A DNA stretch of 64,000 nt from assembly GCA_041690135.1 (NCBI GenBank), contig JAWLHY010000007.1:128001-192000 (forward strand). Reading direction: 5' to 3'. The DNA comes from Armatimonadota bacterium (GTDB lineage: Bacteria; Armatimonadota; SYMT01). The notes under the pieces were generated by a model, which was not told where the DNA came from, made no database searches, and saw only the letters and a list, made by a program, of their open reading frames with translations. Position numbers and translations under genes: made by a program. This document shows, piece after piece, positions 35,452 through 45,925 of the stretch (the first letter of the stretch is position 1; each line of letters begins with the position of its first letter).

Positions 35452-36531
35452 ATGGATCGACGGCAAGTGTTGTGGGTAGGCCTGGCCGGGATCGGGACCG
35501 TGCTGGCGGGGTGCGGCGGCCCGGAGGGAGAGGGGGCTACCGGTACAACCCCGGCGTCCGGCAGTGCATTGAAGCTAGGAATGGTGACTGATACGGGCGG
35601 CATCGGCGACCAGTCGTTCAACATGATGGCGTGGCGTGGCCTCGAGCGCGCGAAGCAGGAGTTGGAGGCGGAAACCACGCTGGCAGAGTCGTCGCAGGTC
35701 TCCGACTACACCCCTAACCTCCAGCGCCTGGCCGAGCGGGGTTGCAAGGTGATCTTCGCCGTGGGGTTCGCCCTGGAAAAGGCCGTGGGAGAAGTGGCTC
35801 CTCGCTATCCGGACACCCGTTTCGTCCTGATCGACGTTGAGGGGCCGAAGCTGGACAACGTCGCCGGGCTGGTGTTCCGCGAAGAAGAAGGCGCCTATCT
35901 GGCGGGCGCCCTGGCCGGCGGCATGAGCCGGTCCGGTAAACTCGGCTTCGTCGGCGGGATGGAGATTCCGCTCATCAAGCGGTTCGAGGCGGGTTATCGT
36001 GCGGGCGCCCGGACTCTTAATCCGGCTACCACGGTGGAGGCGAAGTACACCAACAACTGGGTCGATGTGGCGAAGGGCAAGGAGCTGGCGCTCTCGCTCT
36101 TCGGAGGCGGCGCGGATATCGTGTTCCATGCCTCCGGCGCCTGCGGTCGCGGGGTGATCGAGGCCGCGAAAGAAAAGGGAGACGGCTACTGGGCCATCGG
36201 CGTCGACGCGGATCAGGACCACCTGGGCACCGCGGACCCGGAGCATCCGGAGCCTCCCTCCCGCGTGCTCACCAGCATGATGAAGCGAGTGGACAACGTC
36301 GTCTTCGCGATCTGCAAGGAGTCCGCCACCGGCTCCTTCGCCGCCGGTCCCCGGGTCTTCGGCGTGAAGGAAGAGGGTGTGGGGCTCTCGCCGATGACCT
36401 ACACCAAAGAGGCGGTACCGGCGGAGTTGCTCGCACGGGTGGAAGTGCTGCGGACCATGATCGCGGACGGACAGCTCAAGCCGCCCCGTTCCCTGGGGGA
36501 ACTGGAGACCTGGAAGGCCCCGTCGGTTTAA
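35452..36531 (+). CDS. BMP family lipoprotein (nucleoside-binding PnrA/TmpC-like)
   Basis: Lipobox LAGC; GGIGDQSFN, FREEEGAYLAG, AIGVDADQ, LTSMMKRVD. Confidence 0.92.
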   Translation: MDRRQVLWVGLAGIGTVLAGCGGPEGEGATGTTPASGSALKLGMVTDTGGIGDQSFNMMAWRGLERAKQELEAETTLAESSQVSDYTPNLQRLAERGCKVIFAVGFALEKAVGEVAPRYPDTRFVLIDVEGPKLDNVAGLVFREEEGAYLAGALAGGMSRSGKLGFVGGMEIPLIKRFEAGYRAGARTLNPATTVEAKYTNNWVDVAKGKELALSLFGGGADIVFHASGACGRGVIEAAKEKGDGYWAIGVDADQDHLGTADPEHPEPPSRVLTSMMKRVDNVVFAICKESATGSFAAGPRVFGVKEEGVGLSPMTYTKEAVPAELLARVEVLRTMIADGQLKPPRSLGELETWKAPSV

Positions 36532-36674
36532 CCCTCAAAGCTTTTTTGCGGAAGAATGGAACATTCTCCGTTCCGCTCTCCGTCAAACCAAATGCGTTCC
36601 GGGAAATACCCGAGCCGTAGGTCTAGCCACCTCGCCCGCCCTTCGGCGGATTACGGGGTGGCATTTTTTTTTGC

Positions 36675-36974
36675 TTATTGCCCGGAAGCCTGGCGGGGGG
36701 CAGCCTCGTAGTAGGCTTCTTCCAGGGTGGGTGGGCGCGTCGCGGGGTAGCGCAACTTCCACAGCCAGCCGTAGACCCACCGGTACACGGGGGGGCCGTT
36801 GAGCCCCGTGCTGTAGCGTCGCCCACACTCCGGGCACACACTATACAACACGAGCGTGCGTTTGCGCCGGCCACCGTTGGTAATGATGAGCCCGCGGCCG
36901 CGCCAGTAGTACGTGCTGGGAATCGCCAGCTCGCATCGGGGACAGTAGGTGACAGCCTCTTCCGGGTACGACAT
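36675..36974 (-). CDS. Small zinc-ribbon protein
   Basis: CPRC...CPEC pairs. Confidence 0.55.
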   Translation of the reverse strand: MSYPEEAVTYCPRCELAIPSTYYWRGRGLIITNGGRRKRTLVLYSVCPECGRRYSTGLNGPPVYRWVYGWLWKLRYPATRPPTLEEAYYEAAPRQASGQ

Positions 36975-37049
36975 CGTACTACTATTATCGAGACTTCCCG
37001 GGCCGAGTCGCTGTCCCATCGTGCGCGGAATTGTGGACTTTGTGTGGCG

Positions 37050-38036
37050 TCAGGCCCCGCCTCGCGCCGGTGGGTTGCGGGCGATGGAGATACTGCGCTT
37101 GTTGATGACCTTCTGCGACACCACCCGCAGGGGACCGGGCAACGCCCCCGAGTTCAGCACCACGGCCATGTAGCCGGCCTCGTCCGGACCGCTTAAGGTC
37201 AGGTTCACATCCAGGGTGTCGTCGGGATTGCTCGGCAAAGGTGCCGCAGAGATGCCTGGCAAGGCGGCGGGGGAAGGGGGAGGTGTTGCACCTGGCTTCC
37301 CCTTTTTTTCTTTCTTCGGGCGGGGCGGCCGGGCCAGGGCAGTGACGCCCTGCATCTGACCGTCCAAGACGATCGCCACGAGTTGTGGTTTCCGCGAGAA
37401 GGAGCGGATACGTCGTGCCGCCTTCTCCGTTAGATGGATACGCATCGTGGCCAGCGTGCCCCTGCCGGAAGGTTGGACCGAATCCGGTTCGAAATCGCCC
37501 GTGTCCAGCACCACCGGGCAGCGCTTCAGGACGGCTTCCGTGGGGATGATCCGGGAACTCTTCAGGTCGCGAAAGCGGAGCTGCGAATCTCCCTGGATAG
37601 TCCGAACATCGAGAGCAATCCGGCCGTTCTCGTTAAACGAGGTCCTTACGTCTTCAAGATGCCGGACTTCCAGCCGGCCCGCGGTGCACAGCACCTTGAG
37701 CTGGAGCTCGTCTACTCGCACGGAAGGCACCCACATGGTGAGGTTCTCCAGGCTCCGCGCCACTACCGTGCCGTCCTTGGAGCCGAAAATCGCCAGGCGA
37801 CGCTTGAGTACCTCCTCAACCTGCTTGAGGTCCACTTTCTTTAGCCGTTGCGGGTTGGCGCGCGTGCGATCCACCGCCAGCCGGATCTCGGTGACGAACT
37901 CATCCGGCTCCTGGGTCTTCCCCCCCGGCTCTTGCGCCTGGCCGCCCGCCGTTCCTCCGGCCAGCACCAGCAGCAACCCGATCCCGATCCCGCGTCGGGA
38001 TACTCTCAGTCCGGACCCCGCGTTGGCTCGTTTCAT
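37050..38036 (-). CDS. Exported protein resembling the SecD periplasmic (P1) domain
   Basis: Signal peptide; EVLKRRL, GRLEVR, VAIVLDG, AVVLNSGALP; lacks the SecD TM bundle. Confidence 0.6.
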   Translation of the reverse strand: MKRANAGSGLRVSRRGIGIGLLLVLAGGTAGGQAQEPGGKTQEPDEFVTEIRLAVDRTRANPQRLKKVDLKQVEEVLKRRLAIFGSKDGTVVARSLENLTMWVPSVRVDELQLKVLCTAGRLEVRHLEDVRTSFNENGRIALDVRTIQGDSQLRFRDLKSSRIIPTEAVLKRCPVVLDTGDFEPDSVQPSGRGTLATMRIHLTEKAARRIRSFSRKPQLVAIVLDGQMQGVTALARPPRPKKEKKGKPGATPPPSPAALPGISAAPLPSNPDDTLDVNLTLSGPDEAGYMAVVLNSGALPGPLRVVSQKVINKRSISIARNPPARGGA

Positions 38037-38163
38037 GGCAGCACGCTCCTCCCTTACCGCATAGTCGGTCGCCCTTCCAGTCTGTTTGACTATTGTTCGT
38101 CCTGAGGAAAAGCGTAGTCACGAACCGGCCGCTGCGTGGTTTGGGGGGATACAGACCGGAAGG

Positions 38164-39191
38164 CTAGGAGCGTGGCGCCGAGGAGTGGCCCGTCGTGCAG
38201 AATCGGAACTTGACCCTGCCGCTTCGCAGGTCGAAGCCTTCCGCGTAGGTCCCAAAGGTGCCTTCGCCGAAGACCGTCACGTCGGCATCGTCCACCTGCA
38301 GCGTCGCGAATTGGCTGGCCTGTCCGACGTAGGTCCTGAAGCCGTGACCCCAACCATCCTGCTGCCACTGGATTCGACCGTCGGAGTTCCTTAACCGGGT
38401 GACCCGCAGGGAACCAGGAACGTTGGCCAGATACGACAGGACAAAGCAACCTTCGTCATGCAGCACGGGATAGAACACGGTGATGTCGGAGGCCCTACTT
38501 CCCGGAAAAGGTAGTAAGCTCTTGAACCGCTCCGCGGAGATCTCGACCTGTCGCCCCTCCTGGACGATTGCGATACGCCCGGCGCTGGTCCGAATCGTGG
38601 TCGGAACGGGGCCGGCATAATAGTCGCGGCGGCCGAGTGAAGCGTTCCACCCGGGAATCGTCAGGGCCGTGGCGGAGTTGAGAGGGTCGATGACAGAGGG
38701 GTCTCCGGCCGGGCTGCGCGTTTCCCGTTCCAGGGCTCGGACCCACCACTCGGGCGGGGTAACTCCACTGCGCCCTTCAAAGAAGCCGGTGAAACCCGCA
38801 ACGCGCTCGCGCGCGAGAGAGGTGTGGGGCGGTTCCGACCAGTCCTTCGTCATTGACTCGCGGGAGCCGGTGTCCCAGGCACTTCGCAATGCGAGGGAAG
38901 GTTGGGATGGTGGCGCAGCCTACGCGCGGCGTCGCCTCCCGCATCGCGCAGTTGTCGATAGGCGGTGTCGAAGCGGTAGGCACCTGAAGCGGAACGGATT
39001 GCAGCGGTAGCCTGCTTGATAAGACCGTCAACCGGCTGTGGAGCCGCCGTCGCAGCGCAAGCGACGGCCAGGAGCGCCCCCACTGCGCCGATCGATCTCC
39101 CGCGCGTCGGCCCCGCCGCAGTGCGGGACCGCGTTATCCGACCCAACGCGATTGGGGCGTTGGCAACTCGGTCCCACTCTGCAATTCTCAT
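38164..39191 (-). pseudogene. Exported hypothetical protein split by a 1-nt frameshift near 38897
   Basis: Signal-peptide ORF (..RRLRHHPNL) continues as SLALRSAW.. if one T is restored. Confidence 0.5.
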
Positions 39192-39676
39192 TGAACCCCT
39201 TCGGAATTCTGCCGGCGTTGGTCCGGCGCATGGCTGCCTCCAAACTACCATGGATCGCGTTCAGTCGATAGGGAATTGTGTGTAGTTTTGTGTAGCAAGC
39301 GACCAGGAGTTTTGTGGATTGTGTGTATTCTGTGCATAGGGTGCTGGCCTAACGCCAACGCCCGGGCCGTGCAGGGTTCAGGATGTTACACCGGTTACCG
39401 TGAATGAGCTCCGGCCCTGCGCCGGGCAAGGGTCAAGAATCAGTTCTGGTAATCAGGATTCGATTTGGGACCATGCCCGGAGTCCCCGAGATATCGGGGT
39501 CTTGCAGAAAGCTCTTGCCCTTCGCCAATCCCCAATCCGGGCGCGACGGGCCGAGATCGCTTGCGAGACTGGCAGATCTGCTCATTGCGCAGGTGAGTTG
39601 CCGGCGCGGAGGTTGAGCGGAAGCCGGTGCTGAGACATCCCTTTCGGCATTCTAACACCCAAGGATGCCCGACTGC

Positions 39677-40222
39677 TCAGGGGCTACTGAGGTCTCCAAT
39701 CTGGTCTCGCTTCGGGTTCTGAGATCGTTGATCTGGAGTGAACCGGTCAAGCTGCGAACCTATGAGGGTTTGGTAATCGGACAATCTGGACGGTCCCTTC
39801 ACGACCAGGTAACCAGACTCCGACCAGGTAAAGACATGTAACTCCAGCCCTGTCTTTTGCACCTTGCATTTCTGGCGCAATTTGAGCTCGCAAAAGAGCA
39901 CATTCTCTCCCGTGGCCATGGGTGGCAACTGGGTGATGGCAACGTGAAGCAGAGGTCGGTTTTCGCCACCAATCCTTTCCGCCGGATTGATGTCTGCCTG
40001 TTTCAGCTTGCTTTCGATGAACTGATTGAGTTCACGGTGGAAGGGTGTGTTGACGGAGCCCCGATTCGTCGAGATAGACACTACAACTCCGTTGATACCT
40101 CGAAGACTCAACGCTGCGCTTGTTGGGATGGTCGCCTGGGCGCTTGCTGTGATGAACACAATGGTGAACAGGCCCACCCAGCCTGCTATGTGGACCCAAG
40201 TGGTGCGAGAGTTTTTCAACAT
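39677..40222 (-). CDS. Hypothetical exported protein
   Basis: Signal peptide followed by SLRGINGVVVSI; lower GC than the flanks. Confidence 0.55.
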   Translation of the reverse strand: MLKNSRTTWVHIAGWVGLFTIVFITASAQATIPTSAALSLRGINGVVVSISTNRGSVNTPFHRELNQFIESKLKQADINPAERIGGENRPLLHVAITQLPPMATGENVLFCELKLRQKCKVQKTGLELHVFTWSESGYLVVKGPSRLSDYQTLIGSQLDRFTPDQRSQNPKRDQIGDLSSP

Positions 40223-40296
40223 GTTTCGAGCTCCATTCAGAACAGTTCTCACGCACGGTAGGTGCATGATCAGGGGGCTGTTCGGTGAGCCCGCCC

Positions 40297-41430
40297 CTAA
40301 TTCCTGAGAGGCCGCAAGAGAAATGCGCTCCGGTGGCCTCCAAGCTCGCCGGTTCCCACGATCTCTCCGGTCGATGCGATCGCATCGGCGGAGCGGAGCA
40401 GCCATCCGCTCCCGGGTGGGATGAGACGGTTGAGATCGTGGAGCGTGCCACTCTTGTACAGGAATGCGCGATACCCAGAAGGACCCCGCGACGTACCGAC
40501 CACAGTTCCCACGTCGTTCACGCCCAGGGCTTCCGACGTCAGATCGCCGGAGAGGACGCCCAGATCCCCAATCCGGCCATCTCGCCAGAAGCAGGCGTGT
40601 TGCTCGCCGGTCGCGGTGGTGGCCCATCCGATGATCTCTCCCGTGTTGCTGATGCCCCGGGCTGCGCTGCTCCGGCCCCCCAGGGTTCCCAGGTCCATCA
40701 TCCGATTCTCCGACCACAGGAAAGCGTGGCTTTGATCCCGGTCGGTATCCGCCCAGCCCACGACGCCGCCTGCCTCGTTCAGGGCCTCGGCGTTCGCGCC
40801 CTTCCCACCCAGGGTACCGAGGCTGCGCATCCGTCCATCCTGGTAGAGAAACGCCTGTCGCTTCCGGATGGATAGCATCGAGGCGAAGGAGTAACCGACA
40901 ATCCAGCCCGCGGAGTTGATATCCCGCGCGCTGCTGTACCGGTGCCCTCGAAGCGCCCCGAGATCGCGGAGCTTGCCTTCCACATGGAGAAAGGCGCGGG
41001 GGAGGGGAATGATGTGCGACCTGCTGCTCTCTCCGACGACGGCGCCCCGGGCATTGACAGCCAGCGCCCTTCCCTGATCGCTGCCGGGAAGGAGCCCCAG
41101 GTCTTTCGGCTGCCCCTGCAGCCAGAGGACCGCCCTCGGCACCTGGCTTACATACGACAGCCCAGCCACCAGATCAGCGGAAGCCAGGTCGTTGGCTTCA
41201 CTCGCGGCCGAGCCGAGGGGAGGGAGCCGAACGATCTCGAATTCCGCTTTGGGTTGGGAACGCATCGGTTTCTGACCCGATTGCCGGCCGCCGAATGCCG
41301 CTGTCAGGATCATCAGGCCGAGGGCCGCGGTCGGCACGCCGAGGCCCCACGCTTTCGCCGCTTGCGAGTGAACGATAAGGGACCAGATCCTTCTCCCGAG
41401 CAAAGCGGTCTCCTTCAGGTCGATCCACAA
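40297..41430 (-). CDS. HAF-repeat extracellular protein
   Basis: Repeats DLGTLGG..S.A..IN..G.IVG...HAFLW. Confidence 0.88.
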   Translation of the reverse strand: MWIDLKETALLGRRIWSLIVHSQAAKAWGLGVPTAALGLMILTAAFGGRQSGQKPMRSQPKAEFEIVRLPPLGSAASEANDLASADLVAGLSYVSQVPRAVLWLQGQPKDLGLLPGSDQGRALAVNARGAVVGESSRSHIIPLPRAFLHVEGKLRDLGALRGHRYSSARDINSAGWIVGYSFASMLSIRKRQAFLYQDGRMRSLGTLGGKGANAEALNEAGGVVGWADTDRDQSHAFLWSENRMMDLGTLGGRSSAARGISNTGEIIGWATTATGEQHACFWRDGRIGDLGVLSGDLTSEALGVNDVGTVVGTSRGPSGYRAFLYKSGTLHDLNRLIPPGSGWLLRSADAIASTGEIVGTGELGGHRSAFLLRPLRN

Positions 41431-41641
41431 CCGTATCTCGGTTGGCCTACGGGTGCAGTTCCAGTCTCTGGGAAAGGGACAGCGACCGTTCCCCTACACC
41501 TTTCCCGTAACCCAAAGCCGCACCCGTTCCCGCGAGTCGTAGCTCACCGCTCTACGGAGTTCCGTGCAGTTCGGTTCGATCCGTGTCTTCCGTGTCGAAA
41601 ACCCCGATTTCTAATCCTCGTCCTCATCTTAATCTGCGAAG

Positions 41642-43048
41642 TTAGCCCATTTCCTTGACCACTTCGCCCACGAACGCCTTGGCGTCGCCGAAGAGCATCA
41701 GCGTCTTGTCCATGAAGTAGAGCTCGTTGTCGATGCCGGCGAAGCCGGAGCTCATGCCGCGCTTGATCACCATCACGGTCCGGGCCTTATCCACGTCGAG
41801 GATCGGCATGCCGAAGATGGGGCTGCTCTTGTCGGTGCGGGCCGCCGGGTTCGTCACGTCGTTGGCGCCGATGATCAGGGCTACGTCGGTGCGCGGGAAC
41901 TCGGGGTTGATCTCATCCATCTCCACGAGCCGGTCGTAGGGAATGTCCGCTTCGGCCAGCAGTACGTTCATATGTCCGGGCATGCGGCCCGCGACGGGAT
42001 GGATGGCGAAGCGGACGTCCACCCCGCGCTTCGTGAGTTGGTCGTAGAGCTCGCGGACCTTGTGCTGGGCCTGCGCCACCGCCATGCCGTAACCGGGGAC
42101 AATGACTACGGACGAGGCAGAGCGCAGGATCTCCGCTGCCTCTTCGGGCTGGGCGCTGCGGACGGTCCGCTCCTCGGCAGTCCCCGCGCCCTTGGCCGCG
42201 GCCTGTCCGAACGCGCCGAACAGCACGTTGGTGAAGGAGCGGTTCATGGCCCGGCACATGATGATGGAGAGGATCAGGCCGGATGAGCCGTCCAGGGCGC
42301 CCGCGATAATCAGCAGCTTGTTGTCCAGCACGAAGCCCATGGCGGAAGCCGCGAGGCCGGCGTAGGAGTTGAGGAGGGAGATGACGGTCGGCATGTCCGC
42401 GCCGCCGATCGGCAGGATCAGCAGCACCCCGAAGGTGAGGGCGAGGAAGGCGAAGACCGGGAACAGGGCGGACTGTCGCGGATCGACCGTGAGCCACACC
42501 GCCAGCACCACGGCCACGGCCAGCAGGGAAAGGTTGACGATGTTCTGGCCCCGGTAGGTGATGGGCCGGGTCGGGAGGATCTCCTGCAGCTTGCCGAACG
42601 CCATCAGGCTGCCGGTGAAGGTGAGGAACCCGAGCAGCACCTCGAAGGCGAGCACCCCGGTGGTGAAGTGGGTCAGGCGCTCCGGCTCCTGCACCAGCCA
42701 CTGGTAGTACTTGGCAGTCCCCACCAGGCCGACCGCCAGCCCGCCGAAGGAGTGGGAGAGCGCCGTCCGTTGGGGCACGGCCGTCATCGGCATCAGGAGG
42801 GCGATGGGGATTCCGATGGCCGTCCCGACCAGGATCGCCAGGACGATCCAGTGAAAGCTCTTCATCTCCGGCAGCGTGAGGGTCCCCGCGATGGCGAGGA
42901 GCATTCCGACCTCACCGGCCAGGACGCCACGACGGGCGGTATCCGGTGCATTCAGCCACTTGAGGGCCAGGATGAAGAGGACGGCCGCGACGAGGTAGCT
43001 CACCTGGGTGAACAGGGGTGCGGCGGCGTGGGCGGCTTCACCGTTCAT
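41642..43048 (-). CDS. pntB: NAD(P) transhydrogenase subunit beta
   Basis: IGGADMP, VPGYGMAVAQAQH, HPVAGRMPGHMNVLLAEA, GANDVTNP. Confidence 0.97.
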   Translation of the reverse strand: MNGEAAHAAAPLFTQVSYLVAAVLFILALKWLNAPDTARRGVLAGEVGMLLAIAGTLTLPEMKSFHWIVLAILVGTAIGIPIALLMPMTAVPQRTALSHSFGGLAVGLVGTAKYYQWLVQEPERLTHFTTGVLAFEVLLGFLTFTGSLMAFGKLQEILPTRPITYRGQNIVNLSLLAVAVVLAVWLTVDPRQSALFPVFAFLALTFGVLLILPIGGADMPTVISLLNSYAGLAASAMGFVLDNKLLIIAGALDGSSGLILSIIMCRAMNRSFTNVLFGAFGQAAAKGAGTAEERTVRSAQPEEAAEILRSASSVVIVPGYGMAVAQAQHKVRELYDQLTKRGVDVRFAIHPVAGRMPGHMNVLLAEADIPYDRLVEMDEINPEFPRTDVALIIGANDVTNPAARTDKSSPIFGMPILDVDKARTVMVIKRGMSSGFAGIDNELYFMDKTLMLFGDAKAFVGEVVKEMG

Positions 43049-43335
43049 CGGCGGGGCCCTCCCCGCCGAAACATCTTGAGCATCCGGTCGGTGATCAAGA
43101 AGCCGCTGACGATGTTGATGACGGCAGCCGTTACCGCGATGCCGCCGAGGAGGGTGCTCAGGGGACTCTTCTGTTCACCCAGGAGGACCAGGGCCCCGAC
43201 GACGCTGATGGCCGAGATGGCGTTGGTCAGGGACATCAACGGCGTGTGCAGGAGCGGCGAGACGCGCCGGATCACCTCGAGACCGACGAACGTGGCCAGG
43301 ACGAAGACATACAGGTTGTTCAGGATCGAATCCAC
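43045..43335 (-). CDS. pntA: NAD(P) transhydrogenase alpha, membrane part (alpha2)
   Basis: LHTPLMSLTNAIS, TDRMLKMF. Confidence 0.95.
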   Translation of the reverse strand: MDSILNNLYVFVLATFVGLEVIRRVSPLLHTPLMSLTNAISAISVVGALVLLGEQKSPLSTLLGGIAVTAAVINIVSGFLITDRMLKMFRRGGPRR

Positions 43336-43347
43336 GGCCGAGCCTCC

Positions 43348-44499
43348 TTACTCCAATCCCAGTTTCTTCCGCACACGGGGGTGCACCACTTCTCCGCCGC
43401 GCGTCACCAGCGTTTCGCGCGTGATCTCGTCTTCCAGATCCAGGGCCAGCGAGCCGTCGCGAGCCAGGTGGGTCAGGAACGTCGCCACGTTCTTCGCGAA
43501 AAGCTGGCTGGCGTTGTAGGCCAGGGTCGCCGGCAGGTTGAGGGGCCCCATCACCTGCACGCCGCCGTGGAGCACCGTTTCGCCGGGTTGGGTCAACTCG
43601 CAGTTGCCGCCGCGCTCCGCCGCCAGGTCCACCACCACCGCCCCGGGCCGCATGCGGTCGACCATCGCCCGGGAGACGAGGACCGGCGCGCGTTCTCCAG
43701 GGATCGCGGCGGTGGTGATCACGATGTCGCTTTCGGCCACCACGGGGAGCATCAGCTCGGCTTGCCGGGCGTAGAACTCCTCGCCCATCGCCTGTGCGTA
43801 ACCCCCGCTCCCCGCGGCGCCCTCGCTGGCGAGCTCGAGCTGCAGGAAGCGGGCGCCGACGCTTTCCACCTGCTCCTTCACCGCGGGCCGGACGTCGTAG
43901 GCGGTCACCACGGCTCCCAGGCGCTTTGCCGTGGCGATCGCCTGGAGGCCCGCCACCCCGGCGCCGACCACAAACACCTTGGCCGGGGCGATGGTCCCCG
44001 CCGCGGTGATCATCATGGGCAAGATGCGCGGGAGGTGGCCCGCGGCCAGCAGCACGGCTTTGTAACCGGCCAGGTTGGCCTGGGAGGAGAGCACGTCCAT
44101 GGCCTGCGCCCGGGTGATCCGCGGCAACAGCTCCAGGGCGAAGGTGGTCAGGCCGCGCCGGGCGGCGGCGGTGGCGGGGTGGGGGATCGATAGCGGGTCC
44201 ATCATCCCGATCAACACCTGCCCTTCGCGGCAGTGGCCCAGGTCCGCCTCATAAAGCTCCGGGTTGGCGCCGAGGGCGCGGACTCCCAGCACCACGTCCG
44301 CGCCGAACACCGCCTCCCGCGCCTCGACCAGCTCCGCTCCGGCCTCGCGGTACTGGGGGTCGAGGAAGCCGGCCTCGGCTCCGGCGCCGGCCTCGATCCG
44401 CACCGTGAACTTCCCCTTCACGAGCTGTGCCACGGTGGTGGGCACCAGGGCGACACGCTTCTCCCCGGGGAAGGTCTCCTTGGGAACACCGACGATCAC
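43348..44499 (-). CDS. pntA: NAD(P) transhydrogenase alpha, soluble domain I (alpha1)
   Basis: VGVPKE..GEKRVA, PRITRAQAMDVLSSQ, GAGVAGL, GGNCE; GTG start at 44499. Confidence 0.95.
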   Translation of the reverse strand: MIVGVPKETFPGEKRVALVPTTVAQLVKGKFTVRIEAGAGAEAGFLDPQYREAGAELVEAREAVFGADVVLGVRALGANPELYEADLGHCREGQVLIGMMDPLSIPHPATAAARRGLTTFALELLPRITRAQAMDVLSSQANLAGYKAVLLAAGHLPRILPMMITAAGTIAPAKVFVVGAGVAGLQAIATAKRLGAVVTAYDVRPAVKEQVESVGARFLQLELASEGAAGSGGYAQAMGEEFYARQAELMLPVVAESDIVITTAAIPGERAPVLVSRAMVDRMRPGAVVVDLAAERGGNCELTQPGETVLHGGVQVMGPLNLPATLAYNASQLFAKNVATFLTHLARDGSLALDLEDEITRETLVTRGGEVVHPRVRKKLGLE

Positions 44500-44630
44500 C
44501 GTTCCGCCCTCCGACCTCTCCGGCGGCACCTGCTCCAGGCAAACAGCCGGATGAGTGGTAGTTGTTTTGAATAGAACCGGATGCGCTGACCTACATATAC
44601 AGCGAAATGGGTTCCGGCCGCCGCTTTGCT

Positions 44631-45107
44631 TTACTCTCGTCCGGTGGGGTCGGCTAACTGCCAGCCACCGTCCAGGAGGGGAACCGTGGCGCAGGCAGGT
44701 TTCCCGTGGCGCCCAATCCCGGAGACACGGGCTTCCAGCACGCGCGTCTCCGCCACGGCCCGCTCCACGATCTCCCAGGGGATGGACGTGAGCGGAACCT
44801 TCATCCGCCCGTAACGCTCCCGGAGCCCGCCCTGGCACGCGGTCCAGGTGAGGTACAGGAAACGTTCCCCCGGCTTACCGTGAGCCCACTCCCCAAGAAA
44901 ATTGGGGCCTCCGGTCTTGGGGTCCCGGCGTACCCGCACGGAGATCTCGAATTCGGCGCGCTCGGTGGATTGCCGGGTCGGCGGACAGGACGCCTCCCCC
45001 TTCTGGATCCCGATTTCGATCTCCGTGAGCTCTCCGCACTCTTTCGGCGGCAGCGGCTCGCAAACCACCCGCAACTGCACCAGCGACTCGCTTTCCGGCT
45101 TCGACAA
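44631..45107 (-). CDS. DUF5990-like protein
   Basis: IGIQKG, GEWAHGKPGERFLYLTW, GKPACA; TTG start with AAGGAG RBS. Confidence 0.7.
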   Translation of the reverse strand: MSKPESESLVQLRVVCEPLPPKECGELTEIEIGIQKGEASCPPTRQSTERAEFEISVRVRRDPKTGGPNFLGEWAHGKPGERFLYLTWTACQGGLRERYGRMKVPLTSIPWEIVERAVAETRVLEARVSGIGRHGKPACATVPLLDGGWQLADPTGRE

Positions 45108-45205
45108 TGGATCACTCCTTCCTCGGCGGGGTTCGTATTCAACGTCCTCGGGTACTTCTTGGAAGAGTGGGGCGACAGAGCGTACCTCGTACCCGCATCG
45201 GAAAC

Positions 45206-45925
45206 ATGCCGACCACCGCCACCTCAAAACCCACACCCGCACCTGGAAACACGGACGAAGCGGAAAAACTCCCGTTCGACATCCACGCTGTGATGGAGCG
45301 GATCGAGCAGGCCGTGGAGCCCTATCCCAAAGCGGCTCTCTTCGAGTTGGCGGAGCGCGGCTTTCGTACCCCCTTTGAGCAACTGGTCGCCTGTATCCTC
45401 TCCATCCGCACCCGGGACGAAGTGACCCTCCCGGTGTCGCTGGAGTTGTTTGCCGCGGCCCGCACGCCCGCCGAGATGCTGCGCCTGTCGGCGGAGGAGA
45501 TCGACGCCCGCATCGGCCGGGTAACCTTCCACGAGGCCAAGGCCCGGCAGATCCGGGAGATCGCCCGGAAGGTGGTAGAAGAGCACGACGGCGAGCTGCC
45601 CTGCGACCGCGAGGTCCTTCTGGCTTTCCACGGGGTGGGGGTGAAGTGCGCCCACCTTACCCTCGGCATCGCCTGCGGCCAGTCCTACGTCTCCAGCGAT
45701 ATCCACGTGCATCGCGTCACCAACCGGTGGGGCTACGTGAGCACCCGGACCCCGGAAGAGACCACTACCGTGCTGGAGGCGCAACTCCCCGCCGAATACT
45801 GCATCGAGATCAACCGGCTCCTCGTGCCGTTCGGCAAGCACATCTGCACCGGTCAGCTCCCGAAGTGCAGCACCTGTCCCGTGCTCCGCTGGTGCCGCCA
45901 GGTCGGCGTCGACCGGCACCGATAG
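45206..45925 (+). CDS. nth: Endonuclease III family DNA glycosylase
   Basis: PFEQLVACILS, HhH GVGVKCA, DIHVHR, 4Fe-4S motif C-x6-C-x2-C-x5-C. Confidence 0.88.
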   Translation: MPTTATSKPTPAPGNTDEAEKLPFDIHAVMERIEQAVEPYPKAALFELAERGFRTPFEQLVACILSIRTRDEVTLPVSLELFAAARTPAEMLRLSAEEIDARIGRVTFHEAKARQIREIARKVVEEHDGELPCDREVLLAFHGVGVKCAHLTLGIACGQSYVSSDIHVHRVTNRWGYVSTRTPEETTTVLEAQLPAEYCIEINRLLVPFGKHICTGQLPKCSTCPVLRWCRQVGVDRHR

